Assembly: GCA_030066085.1 (NCBI GenBank) | Contig: JASJCI010000031.1 | Coordinates: forward strand, 39,626-103,625 | Direction: 5' to 3' | Length of the DNA: 64,000 nucleotides | Origin: Gammaproteobacteria bacterium | GTDB taxonomy: Bacteria > Pseudomonadota > Gammaproteobacteria > GCA-001735895 | Shown here: positions 10,015 to 19,551 of the stretch, one piece after another | How positions within the stretch are numbered: position 1 is the stretch's first letter | How the letters are laid out: each line of letters opens with the position of its first letter | Made by a program: the position numbers and the translations under genes | Notes under the pieces: model-generated | What the model was told of the DNA's origin: nothing | Databases searched by the model: none | Seen by the model: the letters and a program-made list of their open reading frames with translations, nothing else

Positions 10015-11682
10015 ATGCGCAACCTGTTTCGGCTGATCGCAATCAACTTCACCGCGGCGCGTTTCGGGCTCGACGAGATCGTGCTGTCGATTCACTTTTT
10101 CCGCCCGCTGTACCTGCTCGGCCTGGTGAATCCGTTCAACTGGTTTCGCGACCGCAGCCAGTCGCAGGCGGTGCGTCTGCGGCTGTGTATCGAGGCGCTG
10201 GGACCGATATTCATCAAGTTCGGCCAGGCGTTGTCTACCCGGCGCGACCTGTTCGGCGACGAGATCACGGATGAACTGGAGAAACTGCTCGACCAGGTAC
10301 CGCCGTTCAGCTGGGCGGAGGCGCACGCGATTCTCGAAAGCCAGCTCGGCGCGCCGCTGGATAGCATATTCGAGAGCTTCGACCGCCAGGAAATCGCGTC
10401 GGCATCGATTGCGCAGGTTTACGCGGCCCGGCTGATCGGCGGCGAAGAGGTCGTGGTCAAGATCGTACGCCCGGGAATCGAGCGTCGGATTCGCAAGGAC
10501 ATCGGACTGTTGATGCAGCTGGCTCGCCTTGCCGAGCGTTACTGGGACGAGGCGCCGCGAGTCAAGCCACTGCAGGTCGTGCGCGAGTTCGAAAGCACCA
10601 CCCTGAACGAACTCGACCTCGTGCGCGAGGCCGCTAACGCAAGCGAATTGCGCCGCAACTTCGAGGATTCAGCCGACCTGTACGTGCCGCGTGTCTACTT
10701 CGACTACTGCAAACCCCGCGTGATGGTCATGGAGCGAATCCGCGGTATTCCGGTAACCGACATCGAGTCGCTCAGGGCGGCCAATATCGACCTCGAGGTG
10801 CTTGCGCGCAAGGGCGTGGAAATTTTCTTCACCCAGGTTTTTCGCAACAATTATTTCCATGCCGACATGCATCCCGGCAACATCTTCGTCGACCCGGGCA
10901 ATCCCGCGGATCCGCAATATATCGCGGTCGATTTCGGCATCATGGGATCGCTGTCGACCAGCGATCAGCGTTATCTCGCGGAAAATTTCGCCGCCTTTTT
11001 CAACCGTGACTACCGCCGCGTGGCCGAGCTGCACGTCGATTCCGGCTGGGTCGACGCGGATACGCGCATCGACGAATTCGAGGCCGCGGTGCGCAGCGTT
11101 TGCGAACCGATGTTTCAGCGTCCGCTGGCGGAGATATCCTTCGGCCAGCTCCTGTTGCGCCTGTTCCAGACCGCGCGCAAGTTCAACATGGAAATCCAGC
11201 CGCAACTGCTCCTGCTGGAAAAAACCTTCCTCCACATCGAGGGCATCGGGCGCCAGCTTTACCCGCAGCTCGACCTGTGGACCACGGCCAAGCCTTTCAT
11301 CGAGCGCTGGCTGTCGGAGCAGCTGGGCGCGCGCGCGCTGGTAGAGGGATTCAAAAAGAACCTGCCGTACCTCGCCGAGCATCTGCCGGATCTGCCGCAG
11401 CTTGCGGTCCGGGCCATCACCAACATCGCGAAGGGTGAGCTGCACGTCGCCTTGCGACCCCGGCAGGTCGACGAATTACGCCGCGAAATCCGCCGCGCCA
11501 ACCGGCGTAACGTGCGCGCCATCATCGGCTCGGGTTTCGTCGTAAGCGCCAGTATCGTGCTCGGCCTCGACGGGCTGGCACCGGTCATGGTCGGCGATGG
11601 CCGCTGGCTGGTGCCGCTGTTCAGCGCGGTGCTGTTCATCCCCGGCTTTTACCTGCTGGCCAGCAGTTATCTCGACGACTGA
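10015..11682 (+). CDS. ubiB: ubiquinone biosynthesis regulatory kinase-like protein UbiB
   Basis: 555 aa ABC1/ADCK atypical kinase motifs (ASIAQVY, HADMHPGNIFV, DFGIMG), C-terminal TM helices. Confidence 0.9.
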   Translation: MRNLFRLIAINFTAARFGLDEIVLSIHFFRPLYLLGLVNPFNWFRDRSQSQAVRLRLCIEALGPIFIKFGQALSTRRDLFGDEITDELEKLLDQVPPFSWAEAHAILESQLGAPLDSIFESFDRQEIASASIAQVYAARLIGGEEVVVKIVRPGIERRIRKDIGLLMQLARLAERYWDEAPRVKPLQVVREFESTTLNELDLVREAANASELRRNFEDSADLYVPRVYFDYCKPRVMVMERIRGIPVTDIESLRAANIDLEVLARKGVEIFFTQVFRNNYFHADMHPGNIFVDPGNPADPQYIAVDFGIMGSLSTSDQRYLAENFAAFFNRDYRRVAELHVDSGWVDADTRIDEFEAAVRSVCEPMFQRPLAEISFGQLLLRLFQTARKFNMEIQPQLLLLEKTFLHIEGIGRQLYPQLDLWTTAKPFIERWLSEQLGARALVEGFKKNLPYLAEHLPDLPQLAVRAITNIAKGELHVALRPRQVDELRREIRRANRRNVRAIIGSGFVVSASIVLGLDGLAPVMVGDGRWLVPLFSAVLFIPGFYLLASSYLDD

Positions 11683-11859
11683 CGCCCGCGTCATTACCGT
11701 CCCTGGACACGGGCAGCGAGACGAGCTCCCCGGAAAACCGTTAGCCAGCGGGAGACTGCTTCGAACCTGCGGGTCTCGCAGTGACGCGGCAAGCGGCCGG
11801 GGAAGCGGTTGTCTGGTGCCGGATAGATCGTGGTAAATATCGAGAGACCATGACCCTTT

Positions 11860-12603
11860 TCAGCTGTTGGGGCATTGCTCCCTGGTAAGGAACTTGTTGA
11901 GGCGCTCGCCGTGCTTGTAGCCCTTCCAGTAGGCCTGTTTCGCTTCCTCGCGAAAATCTTCCGGCACCGACTCGAGGTATTCGTTGTAGTCGCGGTTGAA
12001 CACCGCCTCGTCCTCGCAGAAGCGCCGCTTGTAGGCGAGCTGACCGGACATCTCGGCAATGCGCATGTGGCGCTGCTTCGGTTCTTCCGCTGGCGCGGCT
12101 TCCCGCTCCGGTTCGGGTGCTGCCTGCGGTGCATCCGCCGTGCGCGTCTGCTCCTGCTTGACGTTGGCCTCGGCCTCGGTTTCGCCGCGGTTGCGCGAGC
12201 GCGTCAGGCGCTCGCATTCGTCCTGCGAGAGCAGCGGCGTTTCTTCCTTGCTCTTGTCGAAACCCTCCTGGAAGGCATCGCGCATGGCGTCACGATTTTC
12301 GTCCGGCATCAGCTGGACCCGCCGGGTGAATTCAGCCAGCACGCCGGCTTCACCGCACTGCAGGCGGGAGTAACTCAGGGTACCGAGCGTGCGCGACAGG
12401 TTCACGATCGCGGCCACCGCGGTTTCGGTCGCGGCGGGATCCGCTGCGCCATCGTCGCCGGCAGCCGGTTCGCCGAGTTCTTCGATCGCCTTGTCGATGA
12501 TCAGCATGATCGAGTTGAGTCCCTGGTCCTGAAGTTCCGCGCGGGCGCCGGGCAAAAGACAGGTAGCCAGGAGCAGGGGCAGCAGCAATTTTAATGATTT
12601 CAT
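11860..12603 (-). CDS. exported hypothetical protein (acidic, Cys-containing)
   Basis: 247 aa; N-terminal signal peptide MKSLKLLLPLLLATCLLPGARA; Glu/Ala-rich linker; conserved-looking C-terminal Cys-containing domain; no family recognised. Confidence 0.5.
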   Translation of the reverse strand: MKSLKLLLPLLLATCLLPGARAELQDQGLNSIMLIIDKAIEELGEPAAGDDGAADPAATETAVAAIVNLSRTLGTLSYSRLQCGEAGVLAEFTRRVQLMPDENRDAMRDAFQEGFDKSKEETPLLSQDECERLTRSRNRGETEAEANVKQEQTRTADAPQAAPEPEREAAPAEEPKQRHMRIAEMSGQLAYKRRFCEDEAVFNRDYNEYLESVPEDFREEAKQAYWKGYKHGERLNKFLTREQCPNS

Positions 12604-12825
12604 AACCTTACCGGTATCTGCTGAGTTTCTGGATTAAATCACGGATTGTCTCAGTCTGCCACTGAAGATAGCAGTTCTGTTTTGCGCTGCATCACAAATT
12701 CACCGATAATAGCGCGTCTGTTTTGCGCCCGACTCCGCCGTGAGCCCGCTTTCGTTCCACCTCGTCGCCAGCGCGATAAGCGCAACGCTACTCGCTGCAC
12801 CGGCACCCGGGGCCGGGCGCCAACC

Positions 12826-14142
12826 ATGAGTAACAACACCCACCGCATCGGCTTCGTCAGTCTCGGCTGCCCCAAGGCCACGGTCGACTCGGAACAGGTA
12901 ATCACCCAGCTGCGCGCCGAGGGTTACGATATCGTGCCCGACTACGATGCCGACATGATCATCATCAACACCTGCGGATTTATCGACGCCGCGGTGGAAG
13001 AGTCCCTCGACAGTATCGACGAGGCCATGCGCGAGAACGGCCGCGTCGTCGTTACCGGCTGCCTCGGAACCCGTGCCGACATGATTCGCGAGCGTTTCCC
13101 CGAACTGCTGGCGGTAACCGGGCCGCACGCACGCGACGAAGTCATGAGCGCGGTACATCGACACCTGCCGGCGCCGCACGACCCCTTCGTCGACCTGGTG
13201 CCGCCGCAGGGCGTGCGCCTGACGCCGCGGCATTACGCCTATCTCAAGATCTCCGAGGGCTGCAATCATCGCTGCAGCTTCTGCATCATACCGTCACTTC
13301 GCGGTGACCTGGTGAGCCGGCCGATCGACGAAGTCATGCAGGAAGCGCAGACCCTGGTCGATGCCGGCACCCGGGAAATCCTGGTGATATCGCAGGATAC
13401 GAGCGCCTACGGCGTCGATCTGCGCTATCCGACCCGCTTCTGGCGCGGCCAGCCACTCAGGACTCGCTTCGTCGACCTCGCACGCGCGCTCGGTCAGCTC
13501 GGCGCCTGGGTGCGGTTACACTACGTCTATCCCTATCCCCACGTAGACGACGTCATTCCATTGATGGCCGACGGCGCTATCCTGCCGTATCTCGATATCC
13601 CGTTTCAGCATGCGAGCCCGCGCATTCTCAAGTTGATGAAGCGACCCGGCAATCGCGAACGGGTGCTCGAGCGTATCGCGGCCTGGCGCGAAATCTGCCC
13701 GCAACTCGCCATTCGCAGCACCTTCATCGTCGGCTTTCCTGGCGAAACCGAGCAGGATTTCGAAATGCTGCTCGACTTTCTCGAGCAGGCGCAGCTCGAT
13801 CGCGTCGGCTGTTTTGCCTATTCCGCGGTCGACGGCGCCGCCGCCAACGCGCTGCCGGACGCGGTTCCCGAGGCGGTCAAACAGGAACGTTTCGACCGTT
13901 TCATGCGCACCCAGCAAGCCATCAGCACGGCGCGCCTTGCCAGGCGAGTTGGCCAGCGATTGCAGGTGCTGGTGGAGGCGGGTGACGAATCGGGATACGT
14001 CGCCCGGTCTTATGCCGATGCCCCCGAGATCGACGGCCTGGTGCACGTCGCAGCCACCCGGGCACTTGCCATCGGCGACTTCTGCGAGGTAGAAATCACC
14101 GGCGCCGACGAATACGACCTCTACGGCTCGCCGACGAGGTAA
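12826..14142 (+). CDS. rimO: ribosomal protein S12 methylthiotransferase RimO
   Basis: MTTase N-domain, radical [11 protein letters not shown] motif, TRAM C-terminus; ATG at 12826 preferred over the longer ORF. Confidence 0.9.
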   Translation: MSNNTHRIGFVSLGCPKATVDSEQVITQLRAEGYDIVPDYDADMIIINTCGFIDAAVEESLDSIDEAMRENGRVVVTGCLGTRADMIRERFPELLAVTGPHARDEVMSAVHRHLPAPHDPFVDLVPPQGVRLTPRHYAYLKISEGCNHRCSFCIIPSLRGDLVSRPIDEVMQEAQTLVDAGTREILVISQDTSAYGVDLRYPTRFWRGQPLRTRFVDLARALGQLGAWVRLHYVYPYPHVDDVIPLMADGAILPYLDIPFQHASPRILKLMKRPGNRERVLERIAAWREICPQLAIRSTFIVGFPGETEQDFEMLLDFLEQAQLDRVGCFAYSAVDGAAANALPDAVPEAVKQERFDRFMRTQQAISTARLARRVGQRLQVLVEAGDESGYVARSYADAPEIDGLVHVAATRALAIGDFCEVEITGADEYDLYGSPTR

Positions 14143-14465
14143 ACGAGGTCGCCGTCGAGGCCAATCGCCAGCGGCTCCAGGCTGGTTCCCGGGCAAGGCC
14201 CGAAGACACATTCCCCGGTATCGATCAGGAAGCGCGCATCGTGCGTGGCGCACTGGATCAAGGCCCCGTCCAGGTCGAGAAACTGGTGCTCGACCCAGTC
14301 CAGCGGAGAGCCGGTATGCGGGCAGCTGTTGCGGTAGGCGAACAGCTCGCCATCACGCTGCACTACGAAACCGTCGACGCGCCGGCCCCGATGTTGCACC
14401 GAGAATCCGCGCGACCCGGGGTCGGATAATTCCCCGAGGCGGCAAATCTGCGTTGTTGCGCCCAT
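14121..14465 (-). CDS. Rieske [2Fe-2S] domain protein
   Basis: 114 aa; CPH...CATH ligand boxes ([10 protein letters not shown] / [10 protein letters not shown]). Confidence 0.7.
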   Translation of the reverse strand: MGATTQICRLGELSDPGSRGFSVQHRGRRVDGFVVQRDGELFAYRNSCPHTGSPLDWVEHQFLDLDGALIQCATHDARFLIDTGECVFGPCPGTSLEPLAIGLDGDLVYLVGEP

Positions 14466-14565
14466 TTTTTGCTTATGAAACCCGCCTTGCAGCCGATAAC
14501 TGTCCCGTATCGGTATCGGTAAGAAATGTCCGCGTGCCGGTAGGGATAACGGACGAGGAATTGCG

Positions 14566-16260
14566 TTGATGCTCAGTCAACTGGAACAAACTAGCGACTG
14601 GAAGTCCAGATATCAAGACGCTCTCGGCGAACTCGAGGCGCGCGAACGCGAATGGCGAGCGATCGAGGAGCTGCTGCGCAAGACGATCGGGCGCCTGGCC
14701 ATTGCCGGTCGCGGGCTCGATCAGCGCCTCGATCGACAACTGCTCGAAATCCAGGAACTGTCGCGCGAAAAACGCGATGAAAAGCTGGCCGAGGCGCTGG
14801 CTCGCCTGTCGGAAATCATCACCGCGCTCGACGATCCGAAACCCGGCGGCAAATCACGCCGCTCGGACCCGATCATGCTGATGCTCGAACTGCTGCAGGG
14901 CATCCATTTCAATATCGACCAGCGCGCCCACCTGCGTGAAATCTGCTCCGAACTGCTTAAATCGGTAGCGGGCGGACACGATCGCGAAAAGATCAGTACC
15001 TACGTCCAGCAGCTTGCAGCGCTGATCAACGAGAACTTCGACAATGTCGACCAGGACCGGTCGGTTGCGGTAGTCATGCGCCTGCTCGACCTGCTCGAGC
15101 TGGAACCTGCCTGCAGCCTGCAGGTACAGGAGAAATTCGCCCACCTCGAAAACTTCGAGGAGGCAGAGCTGCAAAATCTCGCCCGCATGCTGAACCTGCA
15201 GCTCGTCGGCAAACCCGACGACTCGTCGATCGACGAAGTCATGACCACGCTGCTCGAGCGGCTGGCTATCGTGCAGGGTAACGACGGCAGCGCGCAGGCG
15301 ATTCAGACGCGTATTCACGAAAATGGCGAAGAGAACTGGGCCGACACGCTGAACGACATCGTCAACTCGGTATCCGCATCGCTCAAGCGGCTCGACAGCG
15401 AAAAAAAGGAACTCGAAGCTTTCATCGTGCACGTCACGACCCAGCTCGGCGAAATCACCGAGTCGGTCGCCGACGGTCATCGCGACCACTGTTCCGATCA
15501 CGAGGATGCCCAGTCGCTGCACAACTTCGTCGAGGACGGCATGGCGCTGATCCAGAAGAATTTCCAGTCGGCCTCGGACCTGCACGAGCTGAAGGCATCG
15601 ATCGCGGACAACATCACCCAGATTCGCGACGGGGTCGAGACCTTCGTCGAACGTTTCCACGAGCGCCACGAAGCGACCGAGGAGCGCAACCTGCGGCTGA
15701 CCGAGCAACTGTCGAAAATGGAGCAGGAGACGCAGGAACTGCAGGTCATGCTGAACGAAAACCGCGAAAAGCTGCTCTACGACTCGCTGACCGGGGTGCA
15801 CAGCCGCATGGCTTATGACGAGCGTATCGTCCAGGAGCTTGCGCGCTGGGATCGCTACCAGACTCCGTTCAGCTACGCGATTCTCGACATCGATCACTTC
15901 AAGCACATCAACGACAGCTTCGGCCACAATGCCGGTGACAAGGCGCTCAAGATCGTCGCGCAGATGATGCTGCAATACGTGCGCCAGTCGGATTACGTGT
16001 TCCGCATCGGTGGCGAGGAATTTGTCCTGCTGCTGACCAACACGCCCGCCGCGGATGCGGCCGGCATGATCGAGAAGCTGCGTGCCGGTATCGCTTCCAG
16101 CGCAATTCACTTCAAGGGTGAACCGGCCAACCTGACCCTGTCGGCGGGCATTACCGAGACCCGGCCCGACGATAATTTCGAATCGATCTACGAGCGCGCC
16201 GACAACGCGCTCTACCGCGCCAAGCATTCCGGGCGCAATTGCCAGTTCATCGCCGACTAG
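14566..16260 (+). CDS. diguanylate cyclase (GGDEF) with long N-terminal coiled-coil region
   Basis: C-terminal GGDEF domain (RIGGEEFVLLL, DHFKHINDSFGH); about 390 aa helical/coiled N-terminal region with no recognisable sensor domain or TM. Confidence 0.85.
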   Translation: MMLSQLEQTSDWKSRYQDALGELEAREREWRAIEELLRKTIGRLAIAGRGLDQRLDRQLLEIQELSREKRDEKLAEALARLSEIITALDDPKPGGKSRRSDPIMLMLELLQGIHFNIDQRAHLREICSELLKSVAGGHDREKISTYVQQLAALINENFDNVDQDRSVAVVMRLLDLLELEPACSLQVQEKFAHLENFEEAELQNLARMLNLQLVGKPDDSSIDEVMTTLLERLAIVQGNDGSAQAIQTRIHENGEENWADTLNDIVNSVSASLKRLDSEKKELEAFIVHVTTQLGEITESVADGHRDHCSDHEDAQSLHNFVEDGMALIQKNFQSASDLHELKASIADNITQIRDGVETFVERFHERHEATEERNLRLTEQLSKMEQETQELQVMLNENREKLLYDSLTGVHSRMAYDERIVQELARWDRYQTPFSYAILDIDHFKHINDSFGHNAGDKALKIVAQMMLQYVRQSDYVFRIGGEEFVLLLTNTPAADAAGMIEKLRAGIASSAIHFKGEPANLTLSAGITETRPDDNFESIYERADNALYRAKHSGRNCQFIAD

Positions 16261-16285
16261 GTCAGCGATGCGAACGGTAATGGAA

Positions 16286-16516
16286 TCAGGCGATCTCGGC
16301 GGGCGTTTTGGCGACGATGGTCAGCGCGTGCAGCTCACCGGAGGCGATTTGATCGTTGACGCAGGCATACACCAGCTTGTGACGCTTGATCGACGTCAGG
16401 CCTTCGAAGGCGTCACTGGTAACGTTGGCAACGTACTTGCCCTCGCCGCCACTGACCTCGACTTCGGCATCGGGCATGCGTTGTGAGATTAACTGCTGGA
16501 TTTTTTCCGGTGACAT
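16286..16516 (-). CDS. ibaG: BolA-family protein (IbaG/YrbA-like)
   Basis: 76 aa from ATG at 16516 (MSPEKIQQLISQRMPDAEVEV...HALTIVAKTPAE) matches the BolA fold signature. Confidence 0.7.
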   Translation of the reverse strand: MSPEKIQQLISQRMPDAEVEVSGGEGKYVANVTSDAFEGLTSIKRHKLVYACVNDQIASGELHALTIVAKTPAEIA

Positions 16517-16576
16517 AACAGGAGACGGAGCACGACAATGACTCGCACTATAGTACAAGAGGCAATGGGAATAACC

Positions 16577-16981
16577 ATGCAAAAAATACTTTTATCGCTG
16601 CTGGTGCTTGCGTTCGGTATCGCGGCGGTACAGGCAGCCGACGAAGAGCAGCCCGCGACGGGCAAGTCGGCCTACATATCGCTCGGCGACCCGATGGTGC
16701 TGAACCTGAGCGGCAAGCGCAAGCTGACTTTCCTGCAAATCAGCGCCGACGTACTGGTGCGCGATTCGGATACCGAGGAAGCGGTCAAGATACACGTGCC
16801 GGCCATTCGCCATAGCCTGATCATGCTGCTGAGCGAACAAAAAGCCGCCGACATCAAGTCGCCCGCCAAACGTGAAGAGATTCGCCAGGTAGCGACCGCC
16901 AACGTCAAGCGCCTGGTCACGGACCTGTCCGGCAACGGCGAGGTTGCCGAGGTCCTGTTCTCCAATATCCTGGTGCAGTAG
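16577..16981 (+). CDS. FliL-like flagellar basal-body-associated family protein (exported)
   Basis: signal/TM MQKILLSLLVLAFGIAAVQA, then FliL-like core (YISLGDPMVLNL...LQISADVLV...IRHSLIMLLSEQKAADI). Confidence 0.55.
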   Translation: MQKILLSLLVLAFGIAAVQAADEEQPATGKSAYISLGDPMVLNLSGKRKLTFLQISADVLVRDSDTEEAVKIHVPAIRHSLIMLLSEQKAADIKSPAKREEIRQVATANVKRLVTDLSGNGEVAEVLFSNILVQ

Positions 16982-17065
16982 TGTCCCCCACGGCAGCGGC
17001 GTTGCGCGCCGCTGCCCCGTATCCGGCTATAATGGCCAACCTGTTTTCCCTGGATATGGTCTTTC

Positions 17066-17605
17066 TTGTCGCTCCTTCGCTTCCACCGCTGCCTTGCGCT
17101 AATCGCGCTGCTGCCGGGCGTCGCGCTCGGCAATACATTGCCCGACGACGATGACGGCGGGCTGCCGAAGTTTACCCTGATCGGCAGTGACGGCGACGAC
17201 CTGCTGCGCGGCGGGGACGGCAAAGATACCATTTACGGCGGTTCCGGCGTGGACCGGATTTTTGGCGGGGACGGCGCCGACCGTTTCGTATTCGATTTCG
17301 ACGCGACCGAAACGGACGAAATTCTCGATTTCGATCCGGCCGAGGGCGACGAAATCTGGATCCGCATGACTCCCCGCAAACCTGACGAGCTGTCGGCCTC
17401 TGTCAAGCTGCGCACCAATCGCATCGACCTCAACCTGAAGGGCGCAGCGACCGACCGGGTGCGACTCAACAAGCACGGCGACGTAGAGGTGCGCTTCCAG
17501 GACCGTGACTGGACGCAGCTGGTGCGTACCGGGCGCAGCAGGTTCGACGTCAAGATCAACCGCGTGGGCGACTACCTGCGACTGCGCTTCCAGCAGCAGT
17601 TCTGA
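17066..17605 (+). CDS. small secreted protein with hemolysin-type (RTX) calcium-binding repeats
   Basis: signal peptide; three GGxGxD nonapeptide-like repeats (LLRGGDGKDTIYGGSGVDRIFGGDGADRFVF); 179 aa. Confidence 0.6.
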   Translation: MSLLRFHRCLALIALLPGVALGNTLPDDDDGGLPKFTLIGSDGDDLLRGGDGKDTIYGGSGVDRIFGGDGADRFVFDFDATETDEILDFDPAEGDEIWIRMTPRKPDELSASVKLRTNRIDLNLKGAATDRVRLNKHGDVEVRFQDRDWTQLVRTGRSRFDVKINRVGDYLRLRFQQQF

Positions 17606-17670
17606 AACATACTGCTCCCCCGTATTCGCGCCGCGTGATTAGCGACGCATGGGCCACAACGCGGCTTCTG

Positions 17671-17694
17671 AAAAAACGGGGTACGTCCCCGTTT
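17671..17694. terminator. bidirectional rho-independent terminator hairpin (copy 1)
   Basis: AAAAACGGGG-TACGT-CCCCGTTTT: 9-bp stem, 5-nt loop, A-tract/T-tract flanks; 65 nt downstream of the RTX-like gene. Confidence 0.6.
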
Positions 17695-17735
17695 TGTTGA
17701 GCCGCGGTATCCAGTTTATTGCCATTTGTTCTGGA

Positions 17736-17756
17736 CCCCGCGATCAAGTCGCGGGG
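17736..17756. repeat. perfect 8-bp-stem palindrome CCCCGCGA-TCAAG-TCGCGGGG
   Basis: seen directly, between the two terminator copies. Confidence 0.4.
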
Positions 17757-17864
17757 TGACATATCCGGAGTAAACCGGGTGCAGCATATTTCTCCGGGCA
17801 ACCCGGAGGCAGATCATCGTTTGAAGGCCGGGTCGACCAGCATCGAAGTCGGCTAAAAAGGGGC

Positions 17865-17888
17865 AAAAAAGGGGTACGTCCCCGTTTT
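17865..17888. terminator. bidirectional rho-independent terminator hairpin (copy 2)
   Basis: AAAAAAGGGG-TACGT-CCCCGTTTT, one mismatch to copy 1; 24 nt downstream of the rnd stop (minus strand). Confidence 0.6.
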
Positions 17889-17911
17889 AAACGAGTTCGG
17901 CGGGGCAGGCG

Positions 17912-19075
17912 TCAGTCGTCGAGGGAAAGATGATTGTCTTCGACGCGCAGGCAGGACTGCCCGTGCACGAACTTCAACAGGCGTTCGCCGACCATCGCGA
18001 AGCGCCAGCCCTGCATCAGCCGGCTACTCTTCTGCGACAGGATCAGGTTGTCGATGTCCTTGCGCGTCGCCAACGTCGCCAGTGCGATCGAGTTTTCCTC
18101 GGCCGCGACGCGGCATATCGCCATCAGGCAGTCGCCGAGAGCGGTTTGCCAGGTATCGAGACTGCGGGTTTTCTCGTGCCTTGGCCAGTTCGACGGATCG
18201 CTGCGCCCGGCATCGGCAACGATACGCAACAGTTTTTTGCCGTGCCGTTCGGCCAGTTTGCCGCCGAGTTCGGGAATCGCGGCGAGCTCGTCGATGCTGT
18301 CCGGCTTGCGCCGCGCAATCTCGATCAGCGCATCGTCCTTGACAATCCAGCGCCGCGGCCGGTTGCGTTCGCGCGCTACCTGCTCGCGCCAGCGGCACAG
18401 CTCGCTGGCGATCTGCAGGCGCTCGCCCCTGAGCTTCTGTACGCCGCGCAGACGCTGCCACAGCGAAGCCTCGTCTACCTCGTAGCTTTTTGGATCACTC
18501 ATCGCCGCGAGGTCTTTTTCGATCCAGCCGAGGCGTGCGTCGCTTTCCAGCCGGGACAAGAGCTCGCGGTATACCGGCAGCAGGTAGCGCACGTCGTCCA
18601 TCGCGTAGTCGAGTTCGCCCGGCGCCAGCGGGCGCCGGGTCCAGTCCGCGCGCGTGTGTTTCTTCTCGAGTACGACCCCGGTCAACTGCGCCACCAGGTC
18701 GGCATAGGAAATCTGGTGGTTGAAGCCAAGCACCGCGGCCGCCAGCTGGGTATCGAATAGCGGCGCCGGCACCTGGCCGAACTTCTGGTAGAGAATTTCA
18801 AGGTCCTGCGACGGTGAGTGGAAAACCTTGAGCAGCCCGGGACGCAGCAATTGTTCCGCCAGCGGCGACAGGTCGTCGATCGCCAGCGGATCGACGCAGG
18901 CAGCCTCGCTTTCGGTCGCGACCTGGATCAGCGCCAGTACCGGATAATAGGTACTCTCGCGCACGAACTCGGTATCGATGGCACAGACCTCGGCCGCGTC
19001 GAGTCGTTCGCACAAGGCGTCGAGCCCGCTGGAACTGTCCACATAGGAGAAATCGCGCTCTGGTTTCGTGTTCAT
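17912..19075 (-). CDS. rnd: ribonuclease D
   Basis: 387 aa from ATG at 19075 (MNTKPERDF...); DEDDy exonuclease motifs (AIDTEF, YAMDDVRYL) and HRDC region; the longer track ORF is an N-terminal over-extension into mreD. Confidence 0.85.
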   Translation of the reverse strand: MNTKPERDFSYVDSSSGLDALCERLDAAEVCAIDTEFVRESTYYPVLALIQVATESEAACVDPLAIDDLSPLAEQLLRPGLLKVFHSPSQDLEILYQKFGQVPAPLFDTQLAAAVLGFNHQISYADLVAQLTGVVLEKKHTRADWTRRPLAPGELDYAMDDVRYLLPVYRELLSRLESDARLGWIEKDLAAMSDPKSYEVDEASLWQRLRGVQKLRGERLQIASELCRWREQVARERNRPRRWIVKDDALIEIARRKPDSIDELAAIPELGGKLAERHGKKLLRIVADAGRSDPSNWPRHEKTRSLDTWQTALGDCLMAICRVAAEENSIALATLATRKDIDNLILSQKSSRLMQGWRFAMVGERLLKFVHGQSCLRVEDNHLSLDD

Positions 19076-19542
19076 CGCAGCATTGCCTTGCGCCGGATAT
19101 CGCGCAGTAGCACGAACACCCAGGGCCAGATCAGCGTGCCGATGAACGGCGCGCCGAAGAACGTCAGGATCGGCGTCGGACGGCCCATGATACCTTCCAC
19201 CCAGGCGACCAGCACCTGGTTGATCAGCAGCAGGGCAAACACGTAGATCGCCTGTTGCGGCATCGTCAGCACGCGGATGCGCTGGTAAAAGTTCATGTTG
19301 ATGAAAATGATCACGACCAGCGCAAGCGTATGCTGACCGAACAGCGTACCCTGCGACACGTCGACGACGATTCCGGTCAGAAAGGCAAACCACAGCCCGA
19401 CGCGCTTGGGCAGGGCCATGCTCCAGTAAATGAGTACCAGCGCAACCCAGTTCGGGCGATAGATTTCGACCCATTCGGGCAGCGGCAGAATCATCAGCAC
19501 CAGCGCTAGCAGCAAGCTGAGGTATATCACCAGGTAGCGCAC
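19072..19542 (-). CDS. mreD: rod shape-determining protein MreD
   Basis: 156 aa polytopic membrane protein immediately downstream of mreC. Confidence 0.85.
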   Translation of the reverse strand: MRYLVIYLSLLLALVLMILPLPEWVEIYRPNWVALVLIYWSMALPKRVGLWFAFLTGIVVDVSQGTLFGQHTLALVVIIFINMNFYQRIRVLTMPQQAIYVFALLLINQVLVAWVEGIMGRPTPILTFFGAPFIGTLIWPWVFVLLRDIRRKAMLR

Positions 19543-19551
19543 GCGTCGACC

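Noticed and set aside
19076-19474. N-terminal extension of the rnd track ORF into mreD
   Set aside because: RNase D homology begins at the ATG at 19075 (MNTKPERDF); the upstream part overlaps mreD.
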